Source: Octopus sinensis
Taxonomy: Eukaryota
Direction: 5' to 3'
Length of the DNA: 32,139 nt
Assembly (NCBI RefSeq): GCF_006345805.1
Contig: NW_021832355.1
Location: 1 to 32,139, forward strand
Shown here: in pieces, positions 9,906 through 19,293 of the stretch
Layout of the letters: each line of letters starts with the position of its first letter
Position numbering within the stretch: position 1 is the first letter of the stretch
Notes under the pieces: generated by a model
Database searches by the model: none
The model's input: the letters and a program-made list of their open reading frames with translations, nothing else
What the model was told of the DNA's origin: nothing
Translations under genes and position numbers: made by a program

Positions 9906-9989
9906 TGCTTCTCTCTGTTATCGTTATTGTTGCTGTTGCTGTTGTTGTATTTCTACTATTAGTATTATTGTTATTGCATTCTTGTTAGT

Positions 9990-10204
9990 TACTCTCTCTT
10001 TTACTCTTTTACTTGTTTCAGTCATTTGACTACGGCCATGCTGGAGCACCGCCTTTAGTCGAGCAAATCGACCCCGGGATTTATTCTTTGTAAGCCCAGT
10101 TCTTACTCTATGGGGCTCTTTTGCCGAACCGCTAAGTGACGGGGACGTAAACACACCAGCATCGGTTGTCAAGCAATGCTAGGGAGACAAACACAGACAC
10201 ACAA

Positions 10205-10254
<50 letters not shown>

Positions 10255-10435
10255 TATATATACATATATACGACAGGCTTCTTTCAGTTTCCGTCTACCA
10301 AATCCACTCACAAGGCATTGGTCGGCCCGGGGCTATAGCAGAAGGCACTTGCCCAAGATGCCACGCAGTGGGACTGAACCCGGAACCATGTGATTGGTTA
10401 GCAAGCTACTTACCACACAGCCACTCCTGCGCCTA
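9990..10435 (-). mobile_element. SINE-A full length
   Basis: Head TAGGCGCAGGAGTGGCTGTGTGGTAAG, central (TA)n, 3' AGTAAAAGAG repeats. Confidence 0.93.
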
Positions 10436-10834
10436 TTATACTGTTATACTTTTTTTTTCTTTATGATATTCGTGTTGCTCTTGTCGTTGTTCTCTGAGGC
10501 CAATTTTTACACAGCTGTTTCTGTTGCTGTTTGTTGTGTTACCATTTTTCTGCGGCGGTTATTGTTCCTCCCTTTTTGGTATAACTGTTATTCCTACACC
10601 GCACCCACACATGCATACACACACACAACTGCGTTGACGTTGTTGATACCTACAGAACTGATAGTCCAGTGTTGCTTCAACTAAGGATCATATTGCTATA
10701 TTCAGTAATGCTTGCTTATACTTTTGTTTCGGTGTTGCTATAGGTTGTTTCCTGTTGATAATTCTGTTGGTGTTCATGTACTTCACAGTTGCTCGCAAAT
10801 TCTTTTGCTGCTTACGCAATTATTTACCTTGTTG

Positions 10835-10883
10835 AAGGCGGCGAGCTCGCAGAAACGTTAGCACGCCGGGCGAAATGCTTAGC
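10835..10883 (+). mobile_element. SINE-B head only
   Basis: AAGGCGGCGAGCTCGCAGAAACGTTAGCACGCCGGGCGAAATGCTTAGC. Confidence 0.8.
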
Positions 10884-11082
10884 AAATAAATGCCTTGTTA
10901 GATTTGAGATTTAGGAAAGAGTTATGACACACATCCAGCTGTTCCATTGAGCGTGTCACAATTGATGGAAACATTCTCGATTCTCATTGATGCTGCCCCA
11001 TGTCTTCTGTAAATGCAAAGACCTGCCAAAAAGTTCAGTTCACTAAGTAGTGAACAGGTCAGCTTAAAGCTGTGTGTGAAGT

Positions 11083-11415
11083 TGCATGCCTCAGTGCTTA
11101 GAGTTTTGGGCTCACAACCATGACGTAATGAGCTCGAATCCCGGACCGGGCTGTGTATTGTGTTCTTGAGCAAGACACTTTATTTCACATTGCTCCAATT
11201 CACTCAGCTGTAGAAATGAGTTGCGACGTCACTGGTGCTGTACCAGCCTTTGCCTTTCCCTTGCCTAACACCATGGTATGGAGAGAGAAGGCTGGTATGC
11301 ATGAGTGATTGCTGGTATTCCGTAAACGACCTTGCCCAGATTGTACCACGGAGGATAACTTTCTAGGTGCAATTCCATGGTCATTCATGACCGAAGGGGG
11401 TCTTTACCCTTTAAG
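11083..11415 (+). mobile_element. SINE-D (tRNA head plus CORE-like domain)
   Basis: CATGCCTCAGTGCTTAGAG...CTCGAATCCCGGACCGGG head; TGTGTTCTTGAGCAAGACACTTTATTTCACATTGCTCC...GCTGTAGAAATGAG resembles the CORE-SINE domain. Confidence 0.75.
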
Positions 11416-11556
11416 GCCATACATCTTCGATACGTGTTGTTTTAATTTGCGGCCTTGAGCTCTGTACTGTCTTCGAAACAGTACAGAAGGCATTATAAAG
11501 AGGTGCACCAGAATGATGCTCATATATCTTGTGCAGTGCTGTTTCTGTGCATGTCC

Positions 11557-11724
11557 GGTAAGTTCACCGTCCTCAATTCACCACCGAGAAAAGTTCACCG
11601 TCATCAACTCACTGTTTGTTTTTCAATAAAATATCAAGTTTTTAACTATTAATGGCAAGACACTGTTAATATATATTTTCTCGGTAAACTTTCCTCACGG
11701 TGAATTGATGGCGGTGGACTTACC
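11557..11724. mobile_element. Degenerate MITE-like element with terminal inverted repeats
   Basis: GGTAAGTTCACCGTCCTCAATTCACC at 11557 matches the reverse complement of the right end at 23 of 26 positions; subterminal TTCACCG repeats; no clear TSD. Confidence 0.5.
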
Positions 11725-12307
11725 TGTATCTTAAAATAATGTAAGTCAACTCCTTGACGAAGATTCACTCGCCTACGTGCTTCAACTAATAATTCATTGA
11801 GGCACTGCTTCTTCTCCTCATCCTACAATAAAACAACAACAACAACAACAACACAACTACTACTACTACTACTACTACATTCCCTTGAACTAGTCAGATG
11901 CATGCTCTCATCACTCAGAACTACTTGACTTGTACGTTGTTCCACGTCTAGTCTCCCTAACAGATCCCACTGAAGTCTTTTCTCTAGACATCGACCTACA
12001 AATTTGTACACGTTGGATATGTTACAATCGTAGACGTAAGTAGAATGAACTTCGTAAAGTTTGTTTTAAAAGCGCCTATAGGTACTAGATACATCACAGA
12101 TGAAACGATATAGCCTTAAAAGTGAGCCCCTGATGAAACGAAATAAAGGTTGAAATAACAAGGTTTCACTTACGTTTCTGTTGAATAGTTGTATAGTTAC
12201 TATTATTGTTGTTGTTGTTGTTGTTATTGATGTTGCGGTTGTGGGTGCTGTTGATGAATGATGCTGTCGTTGTTGCTGTTATTATTGGTGTCGTCGCCAG
12301 GGAGATG

Positions 12308-12515
12308 GATTGGCAGAACGAGCGTCAAACAAAGTGCCTTGGAGTATTTCTTCAGGTCTTTTACGTTCTAAGTTCAAATCGCGCTGCGGTCAATTTTGCT
12401 TTTTATCCTACCGTGATCGATAAAATAAATTTCTTATCAAGTACTAGGGTCAATTTCATTAACCCCCCCCCCATCCTCTAAATTGTAGGCTTTATGCCTT
12501 TATTAGAAATGATTA
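12308..12515 (+). mobile_element. SINE-B, old and degenerate
   Basis: TGGCAGAACG...GTTCAAATC...TTTTGCTTTTTATCC...GATCGATAAAATAAA...CTAGGGTCAATT. Confidence 0.6.
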
Positions 12516-12539
12516 TTGTTGTTTTTGTTGTTTTTGTTG

Positions 12540-12760
12540 CTGTTGTTGTTTCGCCTTAAATTATTGTCATCGAGCAGGCCTACACTCAAAAGTCTTTCAG
12601 ATGCAACCATTTTATGTATCAGGAAAAAACAGTGCACAGTATATCCTCCCACATTTTGCAGACGCTAGTATCTAATTTCAAGGGAAATGCGGATGCTATT
12701 TCTAACAGATCGAGTAACCGGATAGAATCTCCTCTGTTGACTCACGATTTCATGAGTTAT
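12540..12760 (-). repeat. Degenerate interspersed repeat with (CAA)n tail
   Basis: Reverse complement CCGGTTACTCGATCTGTTAGAAATAGCATCC...GTAGGCCTGCTCGATG...AAACAACAACA; similar to 1583-1770 and 27900-28050. Confidence 0.45.
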
Positions 12761-12945
12761 TCTTAGAGACGATGTAAGACTTTGAGCAAGGTATATGATT
12801 GCCAATTCATTTGTGTTTGAGCTCAGTATTCGCTGCAGTTGTATCATCGCTTGTCTGCACGGAACCTAATTTTCTAAATGCTCCATTCCAGCAAAGATGT
12901 CTGAAAATTCTTTTAATCTTTTAATTGTATCAGTCATTCGACTGA

Positions 12946-13082
12946 AGTTTACTTCCAAACCACATGGTTCCGGCTCAATTCCCCTGCATGTTACCATGGC
13001 CAATTGTTTTGTCTACTATAGACCCGCGGCGACCAAAGACTTCTGAGTGGATTCGGTAGAGAGAAACTGAAAGAAGTCCGTC

Positions 13083-13136
<54 letters not shown>
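12946..13136 (+). mobile_element. SINE-A 5' half (degenerate), ending in (TA)n
   Basis: AACCACATGGTTCCGG...GAGTGGATTCGGTAGAGAGAAACTGAAAGAAGTCCGTCG. Confidence 0.75.
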
Positions 13137-13137
<1 letters not shown>

Positions 13138-13328
13138 GGTGCCAAGCTGTGTCGGCAAAGACCGACACAGCTTGGCACCAGTGACCTGGCAACTTTTTTC
13201 TACAGTTGAGTGAACTGGACCGACGTGAAATAAAGCATCTTGCTCAAAAACACAACACACAGGCTGGTCAGGGATTGGAAATCACTACCTCTTGGTTGTG
13301 AGCCTGACGCTCTAATCACTCAGCCATG
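13138..13328 (-). mobile_element. SINE-D 5' half ending in a perfect 18-bp foldback
   Basis: Reverse complement shows a CATGGCTGAGTGATTAGAGCG head, TTTTTGAGCAAGATGCTTTATTTCACG core and GTCACTGGTGCCAAGCTG; hairpin at 13138-13179. Confidence 0.75.
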
Positions 13329-14154
13329 TATATTCTTTTATTGGCAATTCAAAACTGCGTTATCTAAAGTTGCCTTCTGTTATTGTGTGACAAGGTCGCT
13401 ACTGTTTAACACTGGGCCAATTCCATCACGCCTATGATCGAAGGCATTCTCTGAGCATAGCCATTCCATCTGGAGTGGTTTTCCAAGGTATGGGTCTTTT
13501 TTCCTTTTTTATTTATGGTGGAGAGGTTCACTGGTAGTGAATTCAGAAGTACAATAGTTGTAGTGTTCGAAGATATTTTAACTACTATTTCTAACAGTTC
13601 TTGGGCCGACATAGAAGTCTCGTCAATAGCTCATATGAGATTGACTGATATATCAAGAGACAACTGCAAATGTTTCCATCTTTGAATTAAGTGCTCTCAG
13701 ACTTCTTTTCATGATATTTATTTAACTGGCGACTTACACGATAGACGCAACAAGACAAACTCTGCTAATGTAACTAAAACATTAACAGGAACATAAGCAA
13801 GAAAACAACAGGAACCATGTGTAAAAGACCGTCGCGATTGACGGTAAATGGTGTCTAAATGGCATCTTGGCACTTCCGGGACATTTGTGGCTGATAGAAA
13901 TCTTATAAGATGCGGGGTTGGAAGAAACTGGAGGAGTTGAGGAATTGTTTGTTTATTTAGTCAGTCGAGTTTCGTTACTTACTTTTTACTCAGGCGACAT
14001 TAAATGTTACTGATGTGGACGTTTATATCCCCCCAGCCTGTCGTCTATCGATCTATTTCAGTCTGTCTGCTAGAAGACTAGACTCATTAGATCTCTTCTA
14101 TTATTTCACACACACACACTCAAACACAAACGCACACACACAATGTCTATCTGT

Positions 14155-14191
<37 letters not shown>

Positions 14192-14211
14192 ATCTCTCCC
14201 CCTTTCCTTCA

Positions 14212-14244
<33 letters not shown>

Positions 14245-14562
14245 TCGCATATACACATGCACTCTTTGTTTGCCTCATCTGGTTTCTTCATATTTCTGCG
14301 TATTTATATGAGTGTAGAGGAGGAGAGGGAGAAACAGGAAAAGTGATTGGTTGGATACTTTACAGATTGTCTCCCTTTTTCTATTCCCACGTACAACTTC
14401 TCTTTCACTTTTGTCTTCCGGTCTCTATTTCTCTTTAACTCTATTTAACCTACAATTTTCCTTTTTATCTATCAATACCTACCTATTTATCCATCAGTCT
14501 ATATCTATATTTATCAATGTCTCCTTCTCTCTCTCTTTCTTTCTCTCTTTCCCTCTCTCTTA

Positions 14563-14609
<47 letters not shown>

Positions 14610-14626
14610 AATATACATACATATAT

Positions 14627-15815
14627 ATCTCGTTCGCGGGCGAGTTCTACCATCAGGTCTCGGGAGTGGCCATGGGAACGCGAATGGGCCCCAACTATGC
14701 GAACCTGTTCGTTGGCTATGTTGAGGCCCAAATATTCTCTAATTTCACTGGTCCCACTCCTGAACTATATGGTCGTTATATTGACTCACTCTCCCGCGAA
14801 CATCTAGATTCCTTCCTCTCTTTCGTCCAATCTTTCCATCCAGCCCTCCACTTCACTTCCACTATCTCCAACACCTCTGTCTCCTTCCTCGACATTTCGG
14901 TTAGCATTCTTCACTCCACTCTTACCACCTCCATTCACTACAAACACACAGACTCACACTCATACCTCAACTTCTCTTCCTCCCACCCAGAACACACCAA
15001 GCTTTCCATCCCCTATTCCCAATTCCTCCGTCTACGTAGGCTCTGTAGTGACGACCATGACTTTGAGACTCAGTCTCAACGTATGGCTCACCACTTCACC
15101 CTACGTGGATACCCCCTCACCACTATCCACACCGCCCTTGCCAGAGCACGGTCCGTGGACCGTGTATCTGCTCTCTCTCCCCGAACCCGCCTGTAGTCTC
15201 CCGCCTCCTTTTCCCCTCACTTACCACCCCACGACCCTACGTCTCCAACGCACCATTCTTCGAGCTTTCCGTCATCTCCAGTCCGACCCGTCCACTTCAC
15301 ACCTCTTCCCTAACCGACCCCTCCCCTCTTTCAAACGAGCCCACAACCTTCGAGACCTTTTGGTCCATAGCTCCTTCCCTGACCCTACCTCCCAACCCGG
15401 CTCGTTCCCCTGCTCCCGTCCACGTTGCCGCACTTGCCCTTACCTCTCCAAACACACCCGCCTCACTAGCACCCACCATCGACCCTATCCCATCATCCAC
15501 TCCTTCACCTGCACCTCCAGCAATATTATCTATTGCATCTCTTGCTCTCTCTGCAATTCCTTGTACATCGGACAAACGGGACGCCGCTTGGCTGACCGGT
15601 TCGCGGAACACCTTCGTGACATCCACCTTGCGAACGACACACCGGTCTCACGCCATTTCCGCTCCACCGGTCACTCCTTGCAACACCTATCTGTGTTCGG
15701 TTTGTCCTTACACAGAGGCCATCCGGATTCCCGTTTGCGCCGTGAACAGGAATTAATCTTCTCTCTTCGCTCTTATACGCCATTTGGTCTCAACTCTCCC
15801 CCCCTCCTCATCTAA
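14627..15815 (+). pseudogene. PLE RT-GIY-YIG coding remnant
   Basis: Two overlapping ORFs (frameshift near 15190-15215); the catalytic YIDD is reduced to YID and followed by an in-frame deletion at ~14786; stop at 15813-15815. Confidence 0.9.
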
Positions 15816-16146
15816 CCCCCCTCCCCCCTCCTCACCTATCCTTTCTCCCCCCGACCCCTACTTCTTCAGTCCTTTATCCTTTCACCCCTACTCCCCTTCC
15901 CTTCTTCCCTCTTTCTCCCTCCCTCTTCCCCTTCCCTCTGCTCCCTCTCTCCCTCTCTCCCCTTCTCTCTCCCCCTCTCCCTCTTTCCTCCTTCATCCCC
16001 CTCCTCCCTCCTTCTCCCCCATCCTCTCTTCTTCCCCTTCTCCTCCCCATCTTCTTCCCCTCCCCTTCTCTCCCCCTCTTCTCCCCTCCCCTCTTCTCCT
16101 CACTACACCGCATGACTTTACACATCACATCACATATGATGTGCCA

Positions 16147-16384
16147 TACTAATACACACACCAACTAATACATACTAATACGTACTAATACATACTAGTA
16201 CATACTAATACTTACACCAACCCTATACATACACACATCCAGACCCCGCATACGCACTTATACTCTCTCACACACACACACACACACACACCTATACATA
16301 CCAATACGTACTAATACATACTAATACATACACCAACCCCATACATACGCACGTCCAGACCAATCCTACGCACTAATACTCTCT

Positions 16385-16419
<35 letters not shown>

Positions 16420-16490
16420 ATACATACTAATACATACACCAACCCTATACATACACACATCCAGACCCCTCCCACGCACTTTTAGCTGTC
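16147..16490 (+). repeat. Composite minisatellite, ~3 units of ~110-120 bp
   Basis: Recurring TACTAATAC(A/G) subunits plus CACCAACCC(T/C)ATACATAC(A/G)CAC(A/G)TCCAGACC...ACGCACT plus (CA)n. Confidence 0.85.
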
Positions 16491-16649
16491 CCTCAACCTT
16501 TTATCAACCCTATTATCTCCCCTTATTTCGCTCTCGCGTCTCATGTTTGATCTTTGACCTCTGGCCGAAATCAGATCGCCATGTTGATTCGTTAGCTACT
16601 GCACGCATTTTTTTCTCTCCTTCTTTCTGTGTTTTTCTCTCTCTGTGTA

Positions 16650-16687
16650 TCTTTCTGTTGAAGAGCGTAGGCTCGAAACGTTAAAGA
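16650..16687 (+). ncRNA. Minimal type I hammerhead ribozyme motif (variant core)
   Basis: TCTTT|CTGTTGA|A|GAGC-GTAG-GCTC|GAAAC|GTT|AAAGA: stem I UCUUU/AAAGA, stem II GAGC/GCUC, palindromic ACGU; core CUGUUGA instead of CUGANGA. Confidence 0.65.
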
Positions 16688-16835
16688 CTTGTTTTATTTA
16701 TATTTCCTGAGCGCCATACTAATACAATTGTTCGTTTGTTTTCCACCTGCCTTCGTCTTTTGTTTATTTTCATAAAGCTTCCCGTTATATATATATATAT
16801 ATACATATATGTATGTATGTATATATATAGCTAGC

Positions 16836-16836
<1 letters not shown>

Positions 16837-16918
<82 letters not shown>
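16837..16918 (+). repeat. (GATA)n microsatellite
   Basis: Directly visible. Confidence 0.98.
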
Positions 16919-17060
16919 ACAAACAGATGTGTGTGTTTCTGTATATATATGCATGTATGCACACACACATGCACACACACACACGCACATAAATACAAGA
17001 TAGAAATATTCTTACATTATTTACATTATTTACATTCTTTGTCCTCATCTTGTTTATTGT

Positions 17061-17104
17061 TAACACGTTTCGGCTGATATAGCCTCCAGCCTTCTTCAGG
17101 TGTC
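17061..17104 (-). ncRNA. Hammerhead motif, degenerate (3-nt loss at cleavage site/stem I)
   Basis: Reverse complement GACAC|CTGAAGA|A|GGCTG-GAGGCTATAT-CAGCC|GAAAC|GT-GTTA. Confidence 0.6.
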
Positions 17105-17263
17105 ATGGGGAAATACCTGGGTATTCCTAAGGTATTTTTCGATGTTATCATTATTATCATTGTTGTTGTTGTTGTTGTTGTTCATAATAATAATAATTAT
17201 TATTATTATAATAACATCGAAAAATACCTTAGGAATGAGAATCCAGGTTCGAAATTTCCCCAA

Positions 17264-17309
17264 GACACCTGAAGAAGGCTGGAGGGTATATCAGCTGAAA
17301 CGTTGTGTT
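17264..17309 (+). ncRNA. Minimal type I hammerhead ribozyme motif (canonical core)
   Basis: GACAC|CTGAAGA|A|GGCTG-GAGGGTATAT-CAGCT|GAAAC|GTT|GTGTT: canonical CUGANGA and GAAA, stems I and II pair, GUU cleavage triplet. Confidence 0.8.
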
Positions 17310-17390
17310 AACAACAAAGATGAGGACAAATATGCATCGAATGTAAATAACGTAAATAATTCCTCATCTGTTAAATATAGAACTGTAGAA

Positions 17391-17948
17391 ATATTCTTTT
17401 CTACTCTAGGCACAAGGCCCGAAATTTTGTCGGGAGAGGACAACTGGTACTTAATTTATAGATCCCGAAAGCATGAAAGGCGAAGTCGACTTCAGCGGAA
17501 TTTGAACTCAGAACATAAAGACAAAGGAAATACCTATTTCTTTACTACCCACAAGGGGCTAAACACAGAGAGGACAAACAAGGACAGACAAACTGATTAA
17601 GTCGATTATATCGACACTAGTGCGTAACTGGTACTTATTTAATCGACCCCGAAAGGATGAAAGGCAAAGTCAACCTCGGCGGAATTTGAACACAGAACGT
17701 AGCGGCAGACGAAATACCTATTCTTTACTACCCACAAGGGGCTAAACACTGAAGAGACACACAAGGACAGACAAACGGATTAAATCGATTACATCGACCC
17801 GTGCACGTAACTGGTACTTAATTTATCGACCCCGAAAGGATGAAAGGCAAAGTCGACCTCGGCAGAATTCGAACACGGAACGTAGCGGAAGACGAAATAC
17901 CGCTAAGCATTTCGCGCGGCGTGCTAACGTTTCTGCCAGCTCGCCACC
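17391..17948 (-). mobile_element. SINE-B trimer (one head plus three bodies of mixed subtype)
   Basis: Unit junctions at GAAATACC/TATT near 17527 and 17712; the last body carries the alternative 3' end CTTGTGCCTAGAGTAGAAAAGAATATT. Confidence 0.85.
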
Positions 17949-17961
17949 TTGATAAATAAAA

Positions 17962-18176
17962 AATATTCCTTTCTACTCTAAGCACAAGGCTCGAAGATTT
18001 GGGGGAGGGGGCCAGTCGATTATATCAACCCCAGTGCGTAACTGGTACTATCCCGAAAGGATAAAAGGCAAAGTCGACCTGATCTCGGCGGAATTTGAAC
18101 TGAGAACGTAAATAACAGACGAAAAACCGTTAAGCATTTCGCCTGGCGTGCTACCGTTTCTGCCAGCTCGCCGCCG
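17962..18176 (-). mobile_element. SINE-B monomer
   Basis: Head CGGCGGCGAGCTGGCAGAAACGG at 18176; 3' end CTTGTGCTTAGAGTAGAAAGGAATATT. Confidence 0.88.
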
Positions 18177-18240
18177 TACAAGATAGAAATACTAAGAATC
18201 AAAAGACTAAAATCTTAGTTATAAAAGATAAACGGCTATC

Positions 18241-18666
18241 GGCGTAGGAGTGGCTGTGTGGTAAGTAGCTTGCCTACGAACCACATGGTTCCGGGTTCAG
18301 TCCCACTGCGTGGCATCTTGGGCAAGTGTCTTCTACGATAGCCTCGGGCCGACCTTGTGAGTGGATTTGGTAGACGGAAAACTGAAAGAAAACCGTCGTA
18401 TATATGTACATATATATGTGTGTGTGTGTTTGTGTGTGTGCGTGTGTGTGTGCGTGCGTTTGTGTGTCTGTGCCCCTCCCCCAACATTGCTTGACAACTG
18501 ATGCTGGTGTGTTTACGTCCCCGACAGTTAGCGGTTCGGCAAAAGACACCGATAGAATAAGTACTAGGCTTGCAAAGAATAAGTGCTGGGGTCGATTTGC
18601 TCGACTAAAGGCGGTGCTCCAGCATGGCCACAGTCAAATGACTGAAACGAGTAAAGGAGTAAAAGA
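18241..18666 (+). mobile_element. SINE-A full length
   Basis: GGCGTAGGAGTGGCTGTGTGGTAAG...GGTTCAGTCCC...(TG)n...GAGTAAAAGAG. Confidence 0.93.
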
Positions 18667-18837
18667 GGGTTAGCTATTCAAAATAATTAATAAAAGAATT
18701 TTTAATCGTATTTAATGATTTAATTTAATAATTTAAAAATTGACAGATTATAGATTTGAAAAATAAAGAAATCCAAAATTATTTATTAGTAATACATAAA
18801 GTGAATTCGATGAATAATTAAATTTGCATGACAAGAT

Positions 18838-19005
18838 ATTGATTTCAAAATTTGGCACAAGGCCAGCAATTTCGAGGGAGGAGGTAAGTACCAACTGGTA
18901 CTTATTTTATCATCCTCGAAAGGATGAATGGTAAATTCGACCGTGGCGGAATTTGAACTCAGAACATGAAAACGGACGAAAAGCAAATGCCACATAGCAT
19001 TTTGC
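18838..19005 (-). mobile_element. SINE-B, degenerate
   Basis: TTGGCACAAGGCC...CTGGTACTTATTTTATC..CGAAAGGATGAATGGTAAATTCGACC...ATTTGAACTCAGAAC. Confidence 0.75.
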
Positions 19006-19036
19006 CTACTTTTTGTATACTCACCGACTTTTTGTA

Positions 19037-19249
19037 TACTCTCTTTTTTTACTCTTTTACTTGTTTCAATCATTTGACTGCAGCCATACTGGAGCCTTTA
19101 GTCGAGCAAATCGACCCCAGGACTTACTCTTTGGAAACCTAGTACTTATTCTATCGGTCTCTTTTGCCGAACCGTTAGTTACGGGGATGTAAACTCATCA
19201 CCATCGGTTGTCAAGCGATGTTGGGGAGACAACAGACACACATACACAG

Positions 19250-19293
<44 letters not shown>

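Larger units (their letters stand above)
14627..16785 (+). mobile_element. Penelope-like element (Neptune-type), 5'-truncated, with C/T-rich 3' region, minisatellite and terminal ribozyme-bearing segment
   Basis: RT motifs GVAMGTRMGPNYANLF, RYID(deletion), FLDI, YKHTDSHSYL, SHP, SIPYSQFLRLRRLCS; Cys-rich linker PCSRPRCRTC...FTC; GIY-YIG domain NIIYCISCSLC..LYIGQT.R.L..RFAEH...E...I..L.S..PFGLN. Both ends abut TA-rich repeats. Confidence 0.9.
17014..17385. mobile_element. Non-coding head-to-head palindromic element carrying two hammerhead motifs
   Basis: Arms 17016-17148 and 17211-17360 are inverted copies of each other, separated by a microsatellite spacer; flanked by the 13-bp direct repeat TAGAAATATTCTT (17001-17013 and 17386-17398). 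Confidence 0.8.

Noticed and set aside
12129-12170. CTGATGA...GAAA hammerhead-like string
   Set aside because: Only a 3-bp stem II; no pairing for stem I or stem III around a valid NUH triplet.
13520-13660. Minus-strand AIDETSMSAQELLEIV resembling a PIF1/RecD Walker B region
   Set aside because: A stop lies immediately upstream, and there is no Walker A or GD..QL motif; most likely chance.
15297-16164. Antisense and overlapping ORFs (109, 85, 122, 96 aa) over the PLE
   Set aside because: By-products of the C/T-rich strand bias and the low-complexity CCCT/CTT tract.
19006-19040. 15-bp direct repeat ACTTTTTGTATACTC twice, between SINE-B and SINE-A
   Set aside because: It does not bracket an element, so it is not a TSD; probably a local slippage or junction stutter, too short to interpret.
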